A DNA stretch of 59,859 nt, the filler included, from Sanchytrium tribonematis (Eukaryota), in the NCBI GenBank assembly GCA_018985235.1. It is 5 parts of 5 records of this genome, joined end to end, with 100 filler letters (N's around TTAATTAATTAA, not from the genome) between each part and the next. Parts side by side here need not be neighbours in the genome. Positions count along the whole stretch, not along the records: positions 24,017 to 35,903 come from JADGIG010000241.1; positions 36,004 to 47,885 come from JADGIG010000242.1; 3 more parts are not named here. One strand, written 5' to 3'. A program made the translations under genes and the position numbers. Of the stretch, positions 32,595 to 44,681 are shown in pieces. The number at the start of each line of letters is the position of its first letter. Positions within the stretch are counted from its first letter, which is position 1. A model generated the notes under the pieces. The model had not been told where the DNA came from and did no database searches. It was given only the letters and a program-made list of their open reading frames with translations.

Positions 32595-34353
32595 GGTAAA
32601 TGGGAATAATGATCCAGAATTGAAGAGAATCATTCCCCTTTCATCCCCTTTCTACCCCCAACAGAGACGTAGACCTTGAGAGAATTTACATTGGTGGGGA
32701 AAGAAGCTTTAAAATAAATCATTTCATTGGTCAATACGTCTTTAGCGTAACTAGCCTATTGATTGGATCATGATTTCCCCATGTCTCAAATCCAAGGTTT
32801 CTTCCCCTTATTATGGCTTTAATATTGCCAATACAACTACGCTGTGTTCATTTTTGGTTGTTTGACGCTCATGGCTTTCATTTGGTACTAGTAAGAACTA
32901 TATTGAAAAAGTACTTTTCAAAATAATTTGAAGTTGTAGTTGCAATTTTACACAATTCAATTAATTAGGTGGCATTTCATTGTACATGAATACAATCACT
33001 CAAAATCAATTTTAAAAACATATATAGATGTATTTTAACATAACAAAGCCATATATGACTTTATTTTAGAAAATAAAAGAGAAATGAAGGAGATACTAAG
33101 GAAATTGTATGTTTTATATCACATTTTTCCACCCCTTGGCAACACCTCAAAAAAACATTAAACAAAATTGCAAAACCTAATATCAGTATTCTTTTTGACG
33201 AGCTATCAAATGATATTGTTTAAATTTTCATATCATTAATATTGAAGTTCAAATTTTGGGTTAAAATATGAAATTTTTAAAACCTAATTAAAGATATCAT
33301 ATAGCATTCACAAACTCTTGGTAGTGCTCCGTTTTGGGGCCATTGTTTATCTCTACTTAATAAATTATTTCTAAACATAAAATCGTAGAAATATTCCTCT
33401 ATTTGATGAAATTTTGCACCATTTTGCGGCAAAAATTTACGTAATCTACTCCATAAACCCTTAATTCGCTGAGTGTGAATATTAGTGTTAACAGGATTTA
33501 CAAATCTCCCGATACCTGGAAGAGAATGATTAATTGAGAAATGCTCAAAATCAGGATAATTATCCAACCAATTATATGATGCATAAGCATCTGTATATAT
33601 TGTAGAGTGTTTTTTGGCAATCTTTTTAATAAAATATTCCATCGTTTCCTTTTTTCTGTTAAGAACAGGAATAATAAAGCATTTTTGTGTCTCTCTTGAG
33701 ACCAATCCAAGAACCCAAAATGTGCATTTTAATCTTCCTCTATTATATTTCCTTTTTCTAAAAAGTGCTTCATCTATCTCTATTTCTTCAGATAATGGCA
33801 TAGACAATTGTCTTATTGCCTGTTGTTGATAATTGCGAAACATTTTGAAAATTACTCCAGCTGTTTTTCTGCTTATTTTCACACATGCTGGCACTTTTGA
33901 TGGAGATATACGTGCATAAAAGCACTTTAATAACGCACAACAACGAAATAATGGAATTTTGCGATGTGAAAATAAGGATCCACATCTTATACTTTTATCT
34001 TGACCACAAAAATCGCAGTACCAAAAACAACCATCTGCAATGCTTTTATTTTTATACAACTTCATTGGTTGTATAATTTCAAGTTGTTCACAACGTGGGC
34101 AATTCATTTGATTGGCAAATATGCCCACTTGTTGCAAAATAATGGCGCATTTGTAGTTATCTTTCAATTCGCATATGTCTTCAATGAAATTCAATTGATC
34201 AAATGACATGTTTAAAGGAGCATGACACGAGAAAGATATGACCAAATGCTATTTATTACGTATTTTAGCGCATGACTTGAAATTGTTTGAGATAACAACT
34301 TCCATGTTTTGGAATGTCGCAGATATATTTCTAGACTAATGTTCCCATATACC
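32595..34353 (-). mobile_element. Merlin (IS1016/IS1595-like) DNA transposon nested in the MITE
   Basis: Imperfect TIRs GGTAAATGGGAATAAT and GGTATATGGGAACATT; 8-bp TSD CAAAATTT at 32587-32594 and 34354-34361. Confidence 0.85.
33277..34245 (-). CDS. Merlin/ISXO2-type DDE transposase; third catalytic residue appears mutated
   Basis: N-terminal CPRC...WYCDFC ribbon; EIDEALF...KYNRGR, IYTD, INHS...FVNP, HTQRIKGLW. Confidence 0.9.
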   Translation of the reverse strand: MVISFSCHAPLNMSFDQLNFIEDICELKDNYKCAIILQQVGIFANQMNCPRCEQLEIIQPMKLYKNKSIADGCFWYCDFCGQDKSIRCGSLFSHRKIPLFRCCALLKCFYARISPSKVPACVKISRKTAGVIFKMFRNYQQQAIRQLSMPLSEEIEIDEALFRKRKYNRGRLKCTFWVLGLVSRETQKCFIIPVLNRKKETMEYFIKKIAKKHSTIYTDAYASYNWLDNYPDFEHFSINHSLPGIGRFVNPVNTNIHTQRIKGLWSRLRKFLPQNGAKFHQIEEYFYDFMFRNNLLSRDKQWPQNGALPRVCECYMISLIRF

Positions 34354-35065
34354 CAAAATTTAGTCAAAAATACTAAAATCCTTCTTTTCTTAGCCCATGT
34401 TAATTACTAGACTTTAGAATAAACTTTTTTTCTGTTTTCCTCAGCAATTAACACTCATATCTTAATGATTAAACAAATGTAGCAAGTTTTAATTGTGACA
34501 AAAACAACTTGAATTAAAATTCATTTATTTTGGTGCTTGAAAATGCGCTAGAAATGCAATATTATACATGGAAACAAGCTGTTAAAAGCCGACAAGTGAA
34601 AATTTCGGCGCAACACTCTTAAAAATTGATTTTATTAGTCAAAAATTCATGCAAAGTTTGGACGACTAAATTTTGAACTAGTTTCTAGTTTAGTCAGAAA
34701 CTGAACTAGTTTAGTCACCATTTTTTATGACTAAAACTAAACTAGACTAGTCATAGGTCCCAGCTCTAAGTCCATCAGACAAACAGGTCTATTTGTTTGC
34801 AGATGCCTGCTGTTTAAATTGTAATTACAAGCATATGGAATCTAATCATATGCTCTGCCAGTAGCAGAGCTGCCTCATTAGTCTATTTAAAATAATAGAT
34901 TCGAAAACATGATTGAAATGACCGTCAAATAGCGTGATTAATTGTACTCTTAGATGAAACAATTTAAGACATTTGTATGACATTTGTGTTACTGAAATAT
35001 TAAGTTACACGTTGCACGGTACAACGTGAGACTGTATTTGAATAATTTCAGTCTTTCTCGTAGTA

Positions 35066-35842
35066 ATGATATGGATACTATTGATTTATGCAGGGTGTCA
35101 AGTAAGTGATGAATATGATTTGCCAAAATGCGAAAAGAAATATATTCATAAAATCAAATCATTGCATCAATGTGAATTAAATGAGGAAGAGTTTGATTTT
35201 CACAGAAACGGGTTTGCATTTGTTGACAAATTTTTTGATGAAGAGGAATTAAAATTAGAGGGAATTTCTGCCAACAGATATGTAAATAAGAAAGGTTACA
35301 AATACTCCAAGAAAGTTCAAGAGTTGGTGAGTAATAGATTCCAAATGGATGTATTTTGCAACAAAATATTTAAATTTGATCAGAATGCTGCCATTGCTCC
35401 CTATCCAATGCATACGGACAAGGAATTCAGCTCCAGTTTTCATCTGGATAGAGTTTTTTCAACATTTAAAGATGATCTCGAACAGTCTGATTTGATGGAA
35501 TTAGCCAAATTCAAAAAAAAGAACAAGCGTATTGATTCTATTACGATGTGGATCAGTACGACGAATGATAATATCGAGAATTTCCCATTGGCTTTGGTCC
35601 CTAAAACAAACTCGAGATTTAAGACGGGAAATAGCGCATATTACTTCAAAGATATGGCATTTGGGCAAGCTATTATTTTTGATAATTCCGTTTTACATGG
35701 CTCACTGGGATTGAGAAAGAAAGAAAGTCAAGAACATAGACATTCAGTAGCATTTTCATGTTTAAAATTGCCGCAAAATATATTAACAATAGTGCAATCA
35801 CTTGAGGCAAAAGAGCAGGAGTTGCAAAGAATTGGTGGATAA
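35066..35842 (+). CDS. Signal-peptide protein with CmcJ/NvfI-like oxygenase motifs
   Basis: MIWILLIYAG; FDFHRNGFAFV, HTD, TMWIS...IENFPLAL, YYFKDMAFGQAIIFDN, LHGS, RHSV. Confidence 0.7.
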   Translation: MIWILLIYAGCQVSDEYDLPKCEKKYIHKIKSLHQCELNEEEFDFHRNGFAFVDKFFDEEELKLEGISANRYVNKKGYKYSKKVQELVSNRFQMDVFCNKIFKFDQNAAIAPYPMHTDKEFSSSFHLDRVFSTFKDDLEQSDLMELAKFKKKNKRIDSITMWISTTNDNIENFPLALVPKTNSRFKTGNSAYYFKDMAFGQAIIFDNSVLHGSLGLRKKESQEHRHSVAFSCLKLPQNILTIVQSLEAKEQELQRIGG

Positions 35843-35903
35843 GTGTGGGATAGATAAATAAATAATGTTTCTAATATTGTGTGACTTGTAAAAATAACAT
35901 TTT

Positions 35904-36003
35904 NNNNNNNNNNNNNNNNNNNNNNNNNNNNNNNNNNNNNNNNNNNNTTAATTAATTAANNNNNNNNNNNNNNNNNNNNNNNNNNNNNNNNNNNNNNNNN
36001 NNN
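35904..36003. other. Artificial contig linker
   Basis: N/TTAATTAATTAA/N, 100 nt. Confidence 0.98.
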
Positions 36004-39000
36004 GTTGATCTTTGTACTTATCTGGGAGTTTTACTTCAGCCTGAAGATATTTGTGAAAAGAATGTAAGCAGGTTTTCCAAATTTTTGTTAAAAGTTCTTT
36101 TGATAAATTGAGTCCAAATAACATGCCAAGTAAATCCATAAAGCTCAATAAGGCTACCTTCCATCTAGCCAAGCTATCTTTAAAGATTCGGTTTAAATCT
36201 TTTGGGTCCGATTTTTTGGTCTCATAATCCGTATCATATTTAGTATCAAGGATATTACCAATATGACGTAAGTAATTTTGCAACAAAGATATGGTTACTT
36301 CATCTTCATTTTGTTGAGCAATATTAATGAATTGATTGTTAAAAACTTTGAGTAGTAGGTCGCAAAATTGACTTCCATTACCAGGTCCAATTTTATCATT
36401 TTGAATCATATACAGGTTTTGTATTAAATTTAGGTTTTCAAAAGCTACTGCAGAGTTTAGATTTTTAGACTCGTAATTTCGCTTTTCATTTTTCATCGTA
36501 AACTTTTCTTCACTCATTTTTATTTCTAAATCTATTACGTAGTTTAAATTAACTTTCCCAAAATACAAAACGCCTAAGATTATGAGCCTTTGAAGAGGAA
36601 GTAGCTTTTTTATCTCTTCTATCACTTTTGTATCATTGGTAATTGGCTCAAATAAAAAGGAAGAATTGAGTCCAAAATCTCGCTTACTTAATATATCATT
36701 ATTCAAAGCGTATTCATATATACTGCAAAATCTTTTACAAGTCTCAATTGTCAATCCGGATAGAGACACTTTGTTTTTCATCGTTGTAGCACTAAGCCCA
36801 CTTTTGACAATTTTTTCAATTTCAAACCATTGCACTAAAATGACCTCTGAATAATACGATAGCGACTCCTGGGTTGAATCTTTGAGTTTAATATTCAGTA
36901 ACAAATTCAGCGACTCAATGGATATTTTTAGTTTAAAGTCATGCAGTTCTTCCGGAATTTTTCCCAAGGTGTCTATTGAGAATGTTATCCAATGCTTGGC
37001 AATGGAGACAAACACGTCATTGCTTGATACAAACGAATCTATAACGTATTTAAGAACATATAAAAGCAGTGACTTGATATCCTCTTCCCATTCTTTAATA
37101 TTACTCTTATTAACTCCTAATATTGACCGTTCTAGATTATTAAGATTTGGGCCAAGTATTTCTGAAAAAAGTTTAAATAAATTTTCAATGCAAAATATCC
37201 TTATGTCTTCGCAATCTTTTTTCCAATCTCGATTTTCCTGAATAAGGTAATCTTCCTTGGCATCCGCATTTTGCTCAAATTCGGTCGAAAAAATGTTAAA
37301 TATAAGATCCTTGACTATATCAGATTGCTTTAAAAACAATTCCTTGTCGAAATGTGCATCAAACTGACGCGAAAAAATTTTGCATAAGGTTTGAATACTT
37401 CCTACACATAGAGCTTTTTTCTTAGCTTTACACTGTTGCGCTAAATTCGTCAAGACAAGAAATTTAGATTCTACAGCATTTACACTCTTGTTCCTATTCA
37501 AATGGTCCATTAAATTCCAATACAACGCTAAAGCAGTGTAAGCAATATTTGAATCTGATTTTTGGCGAGCAAAATATGATATGCACAAAATCCAATGCTC
37601 AATCAACTCACTTGAGTCCAAATTTTCTAAAAATTCACTATCAATTGTTTGAACGATGTCGAATAATTCTTTTAAGTAGTCTAAATTCAATTTTGCAAAG
37701 TTTTGATTATCGTTACACTTTGATGAAAATTCGTCACTCATGATTCTTCTGAGATTCATGATAATAAACATTAAAAGTTTCTTTGAAGCTAAAGCATCAG
37801 GAATTTTCACTATACTTTGAAAAAGTGCAACCAAATGTTTCCGAGATTCCAGCAGGGAGTTTTGTTCAATAATATCAGCATAACCATTCAGAAAATCTTG
37901 GAGAAGAACTTCATCGAGTTTTGTTAAGTTTGTAAAAAAGATCGAGGTATAAAGTTGGAAAAATACAGTGAAAATGGTCTCATCTTCAAAGACCATCATT
38001 CTCCGAGCCAAAATATCGACCACAATACCTTTGTTACTAAAATTTTGATGGAATGCTATAATCGAAAAAGAAAACAATAAATCTCTTCTTATTGAAACCT
38101 CCAAGTCTATGTATTTTTCATTAAATAATTCTAAAAACTCTGGATTTGCACTAAATATAGAGAGTATTCCATTCAATATGCATTTTGTAAAGGTGCCTTT
38201 GTGGAGAAATAGTAAGGACTGCAATTTGACATCAAAGGGAAATCCTAAAATTCCAACATTGTGTTGACTTTTTGTCCATTCAAATGATTTGGTATAGGAG
38301 TCGTAATACGTTTGATCGCTAAATAAAGTGCTTAGTAAAGCGTCAAGCTCTAAGGTGGCTGTTTTCTTCCAACTTGAATTCCTACTAATTTTGTCTACAT
38401 ACAACAATATTTCTAGAAAATGATTTTTAAAATTTTGCGGATAAATCTGAACCAGATTGAAGATAGTGCAGATGTGTATCGCTTCACTTATAATAATTAG
38501 ATCACTTGGTGGTTTTGCGATTATAAGATCATTTACAATGATAGGTGGACTTTTTAGTGTGGCTGTGAGTTTCGAGAATTTGACGTAAATCGAAATGATG
38601 CTTCCATGATCTGATAGATTGGACGGGCTTTCAATTTCTAATATACTGCAGAAAAACTTTAAACTTTCTTCATAGATATCCTCAAGCATATCATTTTGAA
38701 GGCAATCCACTAATTTATCAAGAACTCTTAATGATATGGCAACAATATAGTTTGGAGGCAATTCGGGTACTTCATTTTTGTCTAAGTGTTCTACATATAG
38801 CTGCTTCAAGGGTATATTTACAAAATGATCATGCCCATGCTTTTTAAAATACGCATTTATGATTTTGCTGCAAATCTGAAAAATTTCCTTCACAATATTT
38901 ATGTTGAAAGTGTCACCCTTAAGCTTGAATATGCTAAGTATCACATCTTTGTTTGAGACAAGCTTCAGAAGAGCCTCAAGGCTTAAAGCAGCCAACACAA

Positions 39001-39964
39001 TCGAAGAGTCTAAATTCACAGTTTTCAGAAGCATACTTAAGAGAAGTTCACATTCAGTTTTCAAAACTAGGTGAAAAGAAATGATAGTTTGAGTCACTAA
39101 CAATATACTTCGAATAGCAATTGGATATGGACATTGTTCTTTAATGGCGTCTCCGTAAATCTGAATGGTGGTTTTTGAAAATGTAGTCAATAATTTAGAA
39201 AACTGCTGAGACTTTAGTTTTTCTTGGCAACTTGCAAAAACCTCTCTTGTGATCTCTAATGCAAGCGTGCGAGGAACTGGAGTAACACATTTTAATGTAT
39301 ATTCGACATTTCCAGAAAGGTACATGATATCCTCTAGAATATCAAATCCTATTACATCGGAGCATTTTTCTATCAAATTTGCAACAACTTGCCTATAAGT
39401 GGCCCAGGCCGAGCTAACCACCAAAGGGTCAATTGTCATTTTAACGGGTATATTCCAACATTCATCAGATCCGTGTTTAAACGTAGGATTTAATTGAATT
39501 TGAAGTAGTTTGTGCATTAAAATAAATAATTGATGGATGGATATAAGATTTAATTGCGAAGCGTATAGATCAGAACATGGAGACGCGACTTGGACTAATT
39601 TTAATTGCATTTCCTGTAGCAAATTTGCTTGAGAGCTAAAAAAACCTCCCAAGTCTGCCTTTAAACAATGATGCATCCATAAAATGCTTTCGGAGACTAA
39701 TTGACCATCGACCAATTTGAACGAAATCATTTTGAGTAGAATATTGAGTCCAAGAATATTAGTTTTAGGCTGATTTAAAGCGAAAGTTTTTTGTAATACT
39801 GCTTTAGCAGATGAAAGTTGTTGATCTTGTCTAAGCTCATACAAGCATTGCTCAGTTGCTTCTTTGATATCATTTAATTTTCTCTTTTTAGCTTCAGATG
39901 ATAACGTAATTAAATCTTGTTGCAAAAGCGAACCAACTGCAACAGAAGATGGACTGGCTGACAT
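36004..39964 (-). CDS. MON2: Mon2 (Sec7-family-related trafficking protein), 3' truncated
   Basis: LQQDLITLSSEAKKR...IKEATE, QLKLVQ, SAWATYRQVV, LKTECELLLSMLLK, EHLDKNEVP, QKSDSNIAYTALALYWN. Confidence 0.88.
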
Positions 39965-39977
39965 CCGTTTGTTTCAA

Positions 39978-41045
39978 ATGTTTTTTTATCTGGCATTCAT
40001 GAATAACTTGAATCTCTTATACCATGGGACATTGGCCGATATATCAGTTTATTCATCTCCAAATTTCTTTCCAGAATGGCCTTGCATCAAAGTGGTATCC
40101 AATGAAAAAATTTACATAGTTGAGGATAAGGGGAAAGAATTGAATGATATACTAATAAGAGTACAAACGTGGTATTATAGCGCCAGCAAATTATATGAGT
40201 CTCCCACACACATCAAGCTATTCAAAAGAGATTCCCTCAGAAACGTTACCATTCTCAGCATCCCAGAACTAAGTGTGGATTCAGTCAGCTTAGATGAAAC
40301 ATTTTTATCGTGGAACACACTTCCGATACTCCCGATTACAAGGAGACCTGCAAAATCATTCAAAGCAATTTCAAAAGTGAGTGCTAGTAGGCAAAACTAC
40401 ATGTGGAGAATCAACAGTATCTTACATACGGCTTTATTTCTTTCAGGGGAATCATTGTATTCTTTAATCCAAGAAAATGGGGCTGTTAAATACACTGAAA
40501 AGTATATTATTCACAGGTTGCGAAACTATTGTAAAGTGGAGATTCAAAAAGTGTCTGAAGATGCTAACAACATTATATGTACAATGAATTCTGTAAATCC
40601 CAACATTTTGGTATCCGTCACTCATGATTTACATCAAACAGATAGTATCAGAAAGTTTGACAGTGGCAAATCGATTGCCATTGCTGCTACTATTGAGCTT
40701 GTGCGGTTTTTAAAACAATATCATCAAAATTTTGCTGTTAAATTTGTATTTTTTGCCGCAGAGCAGCTATCTTATTTGGGATCCAAGACATTTTTTGAAA
40801 ATTCACAATCAAAAGTGTATAAAACTCACTATCACTTTCATAATTTTGCAGCTGATCTGTTATGGAGTAATGATGGTACTGACGAAATTGCGTTTTTTAA
40901 TAGATTTTCACCTACAATCATGATTGAAAATAGTGAAGGAAACGACGATTATGGGATATTATCTCAAGAATTAAAGAAATTAAAAGCATCAATTCAAAAT
41001 AACTTGGATCAATTTATACATAAACTGATAGAGGACCTAAAATAA
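39978..41045 (+). CDS. Nicastrin/nicalin-like (peptidase M28-fold) protein, short form
   Basis: ILVSVTHD...DSG..IAIAATIELVRFL...FVFFAAEQLSYLGSKTF. Confidence 0.5.
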   Translation: MFFYLAFMNNLNLLYHGTLADISVYSSPNFFPEWPCIKVVSNEKIYIVEDKGKELNDILIRVQTWYYSASKLYESPTHIKLFKRDSLRNVTILSIPELSVDSVSLDETFLSWNTLPILPITRRPAKSFKAISKVSASRQNYMWRINSILHTALFLSGESLYSLIQENGAVKYTEKYIIHRLRNYCKVEIQKVSEDANNIICTMNSVNPNILVSVTHDLHQTDSIRKFDSGKSIAIAATIELVRFLKQYHQNFAVKFVFFAAEQLSYLGSKTFFENSQSKVYKTHYHFHNFAADLLWSNDGTDEIAFFNRFSPTIMIENSEGNDDYGILSQELKKLKASIQNNLDQFIHKLIEDLK

Positions 41046-41059
41046 TTTATTTGAGATCT

Positions 41060-42767
41060 TTATTCCAAAATAGGTCCTTTCATTCCTATAGTTTCTAAAA
41101 TATGCTTGTGTTCAGACTTCAACATGTGTAGCTCATATTGCCACGAAGTCTCTCTATTGGGATTAAACGCCGAAAATACCTCGTCCTGCTCAGGATTTTC
41201 ATACCTGGTAGCAAAAAATTGAGGGTCTGTATTAGATGGTGTCTCTCTTAAAATTGTTAGTTTGTGGAATAGATAAGCAACACAAGGTTGCTCCGGCCTA
41301 GGCATTATGACAGTTGGGGCTCGACCCGGTAAAACCTGTGTGGTCTTTACAGGATAATGATAACCTCCAGGAAAAAATATTGATTCCACCCAGCGATAGT
41401 CGCTTTTGTATCTTATCCTATGAAACAGATAGCATATTTTACCTTCAAGAACACCAGTCAAGCCATATCTCATTTTTTCATAATCATCGTCGTGCACAAA
41501 ATCAAGAAGACATTTGCCAAATAATTGATATGCTTTCATTCCAAACATTTCATCGGCTAGTTTTCTTGGAGAGCAAGTGAGAAAAATTCCTTTCGTGCTC
41601 ATTTTTGACCAAAGAGATCTTTGCCCAAAACCAGCAAAAGCGTCAAGATCATTATAGTTCAGAGTGGGCAAATATTGTTCACGTGCTGAAAGAATCAAAA
41701 TTCGTTTGCCTTTTGGTCTTTCACATACCATGCCTAAATTAAATAAAAGTACATCGTCCTTGAACACCGAGCCAAGTATAGCCGGAATTCCTTCGTTTAA
41801 ATCTAAAAATCATATGAATTGGTTGATCTGCAATGTGTGGCAGGTTTTTAAACTCTCGCATTATTCCAACCCAATCTCCACTGTGGCAAAATTCACTCAA
41901 GTTTTTGTTTATAATTTCCGATGGTTCGTATTCTAAAAATTCGAGACAAGCTTGGTTTACGTGTATAAATTGTCCTTTAATCGATAAGCATAATAAATAC
42001 GGTATGGAATCTAAAAGGCTTTCATAAAAAATGCTTTGAGGATCAAGTCCCTCACTATTCCCCATCATGTCAACTATAAATGGCTTCAATATATCAGTCT
42101 CATCAAATTCGTCTAAATTTTTTAATTCTCCTATGTGCTCGCGATCTATGTCATATTCTATTTTTACTTTTACTTTTTGGTCTACTTGATAATTAATGGT
42201 ATATATTCCCTCGCGCATGCATCGCATAATATTATAAGGTTGATCAATCAAACTCACTTGAAATCCAATAAATAAGTCTAAAGGGCCACCCTCGTAAGAA
42301 GAAACAGGGATTATAGTGATAAAATTGATAAATGGTTCTCCTCCTTTTTTGTAATTAATTAATGAATATTGGCACTCCTCCAAATCATCCAAATTTTTTC
42401 TTATTTGATATACTACATTGTTGTCCGTATATCTTCGTCTTGAACCCTTTGTGGCGAGCCCATCAGCCTCTGTTGAAACTGATTGCAAAAATCTACAATT
42501 ATGACCAACGCATTCGTCTGCCCTGTATCCAGTTAATTTCTCAAAAGCCTGACTTATATATACAATTGGGGTGTCTTCTTTTGTTCTATCGGATATGCAA
42601 AAGGAACAACTCATGTCAACTGGTCCCAAACTCACTTTTGCGTTTTCTCGGTAATAAACCCTGGCAAGAATACCCATTATATCAAATCCAGTGTAGCTGT
42701 ATATGTGGGGTCCTTCTCTAATTTTTGTTTTTGTAATCCCTATCCCACCATTTGCATTTGATGACAT
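41060..42767 (-). CDS. wc-1: White Collar-1-like LOV/PAS blue-light photoreceptor without a GATA finger; two exons, 42767-41753 and 41733-41060
   Basis: YSYTGFDIMGILARV...LGPVDMSCSF, GHNCRFLQ with the LOV Cys, two further PAS domains, TSWQYELHML. Confidence 0.92.
41734..41752 (-). other. 19-nt spliceosomal intron in wc-1
   Basis: GTACTTTTATTTAATTTAG; phase 1; gives SGYTWLGVQGRCMVCERPKGKRILILSARE, continuous through PAS-B. Confidence 0.9.
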
Positions 42768-42915
42768 TTTTGTTTTGTCTCACTCCGTTTATCCGTAAAA
42801 GTCCAGACAAGAATTTATACAGCTTCTTTTGAATATCGCAGTGTTTTACGTGGAATTGCAGTTGTAATATGTTGTATCAAAAGTTAAAAACAAGAAATCT
42901 GCCATTTAAAATAAT

Positions 42916-43323
<408 letters not shown>

Positions 43324-43393
43324 TTATAAGAAAACTAAACACGTGTTTTAAGCCAATCAGAGGGTAGATTTGCTTAAGAAATTATAAACATTT

Positions 43394-44029
43394 TTATTTT
43401 TCAAGAGATAAGATAATATCCAATACTTGGAATCGTTGCTGTATGTATTCTGAACAGTCAAAGTCAACCTCATTTTCAGCAAGAGTGAAAATTTGTCTGA
43501 GTTCCTTTCTAAGCCATAGCAAAGCTTTATCGTCTTCCTCGCCCATATACGATTTAATTGGTATAGCATTATGCAAATTGTAGCCGAAATTATGGATTGT
43601 ATTGTCGACTGCAATAACATGATTTCCTTTCTCAATTATGTCGTGAATGAGTTTAAAATAAATATTAGCAAAGAAATAGCAGTCCTTTCTGGTTAAAATC
43701 AAGCAGAAATATTTTTTTAAATCAAGCAGATCCAAGACTGCCAAGGCGTATTTTTCTTCTGCACTTGTAAATAATACAAGATCACAGTTTGTTGCCATTT
43801 CATCTAGAAATTCCTTTACATGTGGTCTAGCTGATGCCTCCAAAGTACTTGGATTTGTGCAATGTAGTAGGCATTCATCCATATCTAGCACCAACGTGAA
43901 TTTCTTGGTAGGCTCATAATCATATTTGATTTTTGGTATATAGAGCTTTGGGATACTGGATAATGCGTTGTATGCTGAGTTTACATCAAAGTGCATCCAA
44001 TTTGGTTCAATAGAAGATTCATTGATCAT
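43394..44029 (-). CDS. FCP1/SCP (NIF) HAD-family phosphatase
   Basis: TLVLDMDECLLH, RPHVKEFL, VLFTSA, VDN, NAIPIKSY...DDKAL. Confidence 0.85.
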   Translation of the reverse strand: MINESSIEPNWMHFDVNSAYNALSSIPKLYIPKIKYDYEPTKKFTLVLDMDECLLHCTNPSTLEASARPHVKEFLDEMATNCDLVLFTSAEEKYALAVLDLLDLKKYFCLILTRKDCYFFANIYFKLIHDIIEKGNHVIAVDNTIHNFGYNLHNAIPIKSYMGEEDDKALLWLRKELRQIFTLAENEVDFDCSEYIQQRFQVLDIILSLEK

Positions 44030-44175
44030 TTTAAGAATCGAGTTTCAAGTCAGAGACGTACTCCAAAAAATTAGTGGAGCTTTAACCAACAATTTTTTTT
44101 AAAAAGGATATTGGGTGATATCTGAGTAAGAGAAACTATAAGCTAGCTGACTATAATTAAAAAACTCCTTGTTTT

Positions 44176-44676
44176 ATGAACTGCAGATTTTTACAAAACA
44201 TAGCTCGAATTCCTGCCGCTGATGTAATGCTCCATTCTAGTAATTTGGAAAAACTTAGATTTTATGCTCTATTTTCTATGGAAGCATGTCAAGCCTTCGG
44301 GGCCAAGAGTGCTCTCTCTCCTCTGCCTAGAAAAATGAAATACTACACAGTCTTAAAATCTGCATTTAAATTTAAGCAAGCACAAGAAACATATGAAAAA
44401 CGAACATTCCGAAGACTAATTAAAATTTATAATACTCACCCTGAGACTGCAAATCAACTATTGTATTACCTAAATGACAACACTCCAGATGGCGTCAAAA
44501 TGAAATCACACCAATACTTTTATGAGGATGAAAATGTATTAAAGCGAATAGACGACGATCTTGAATTAATGCTGAAAAATAACCGAGCATGGATTCCGTT
44601 CGAAAATGAAGTGGATCCCAATGTCGCAGCGTTGAGAACCCTAAAAGCCTTGAAACAAAATAAACAAGTCGTGTGA
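44176..44676 (+). CDS. RSM10: Mitochondrial ribosomal protein uS10m
   Basis: PLPRKMKYYTVLKSAFKFKQAQETYEKRTFRRLIKI. Confidence 0.85.
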   Translation: MNCRFLQNIARIPAADVMLHSSNLEKLRFYALFSMEACQAFGAKSALSPLPRKMKYYTVLKSAFKFKQAQETYEKRTFRRLIKIYNTHPETANQLLYYLNDNTPDGVKMKSHQYFYEDENVLKRIDDDLELMLKNNRAWIPFENEVDPNVAALRTLKALKQNKQVV

Positions 44677-44681
44677 TTTTA

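Larger units (their letters stand above)
32484..34768. mobile_element. Non-autonomous hAT-type element (MITE, about 518 bp without the nested insert)
   Basis: TIR TAGAGCTGGGACYTATGACTA at both ends (20/21 match); 8-bp TSD AGTCCATC at 32476-32483 and 34769-34776; subterminal GACTA/ACTAG repeats. Confidence 0.9.
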
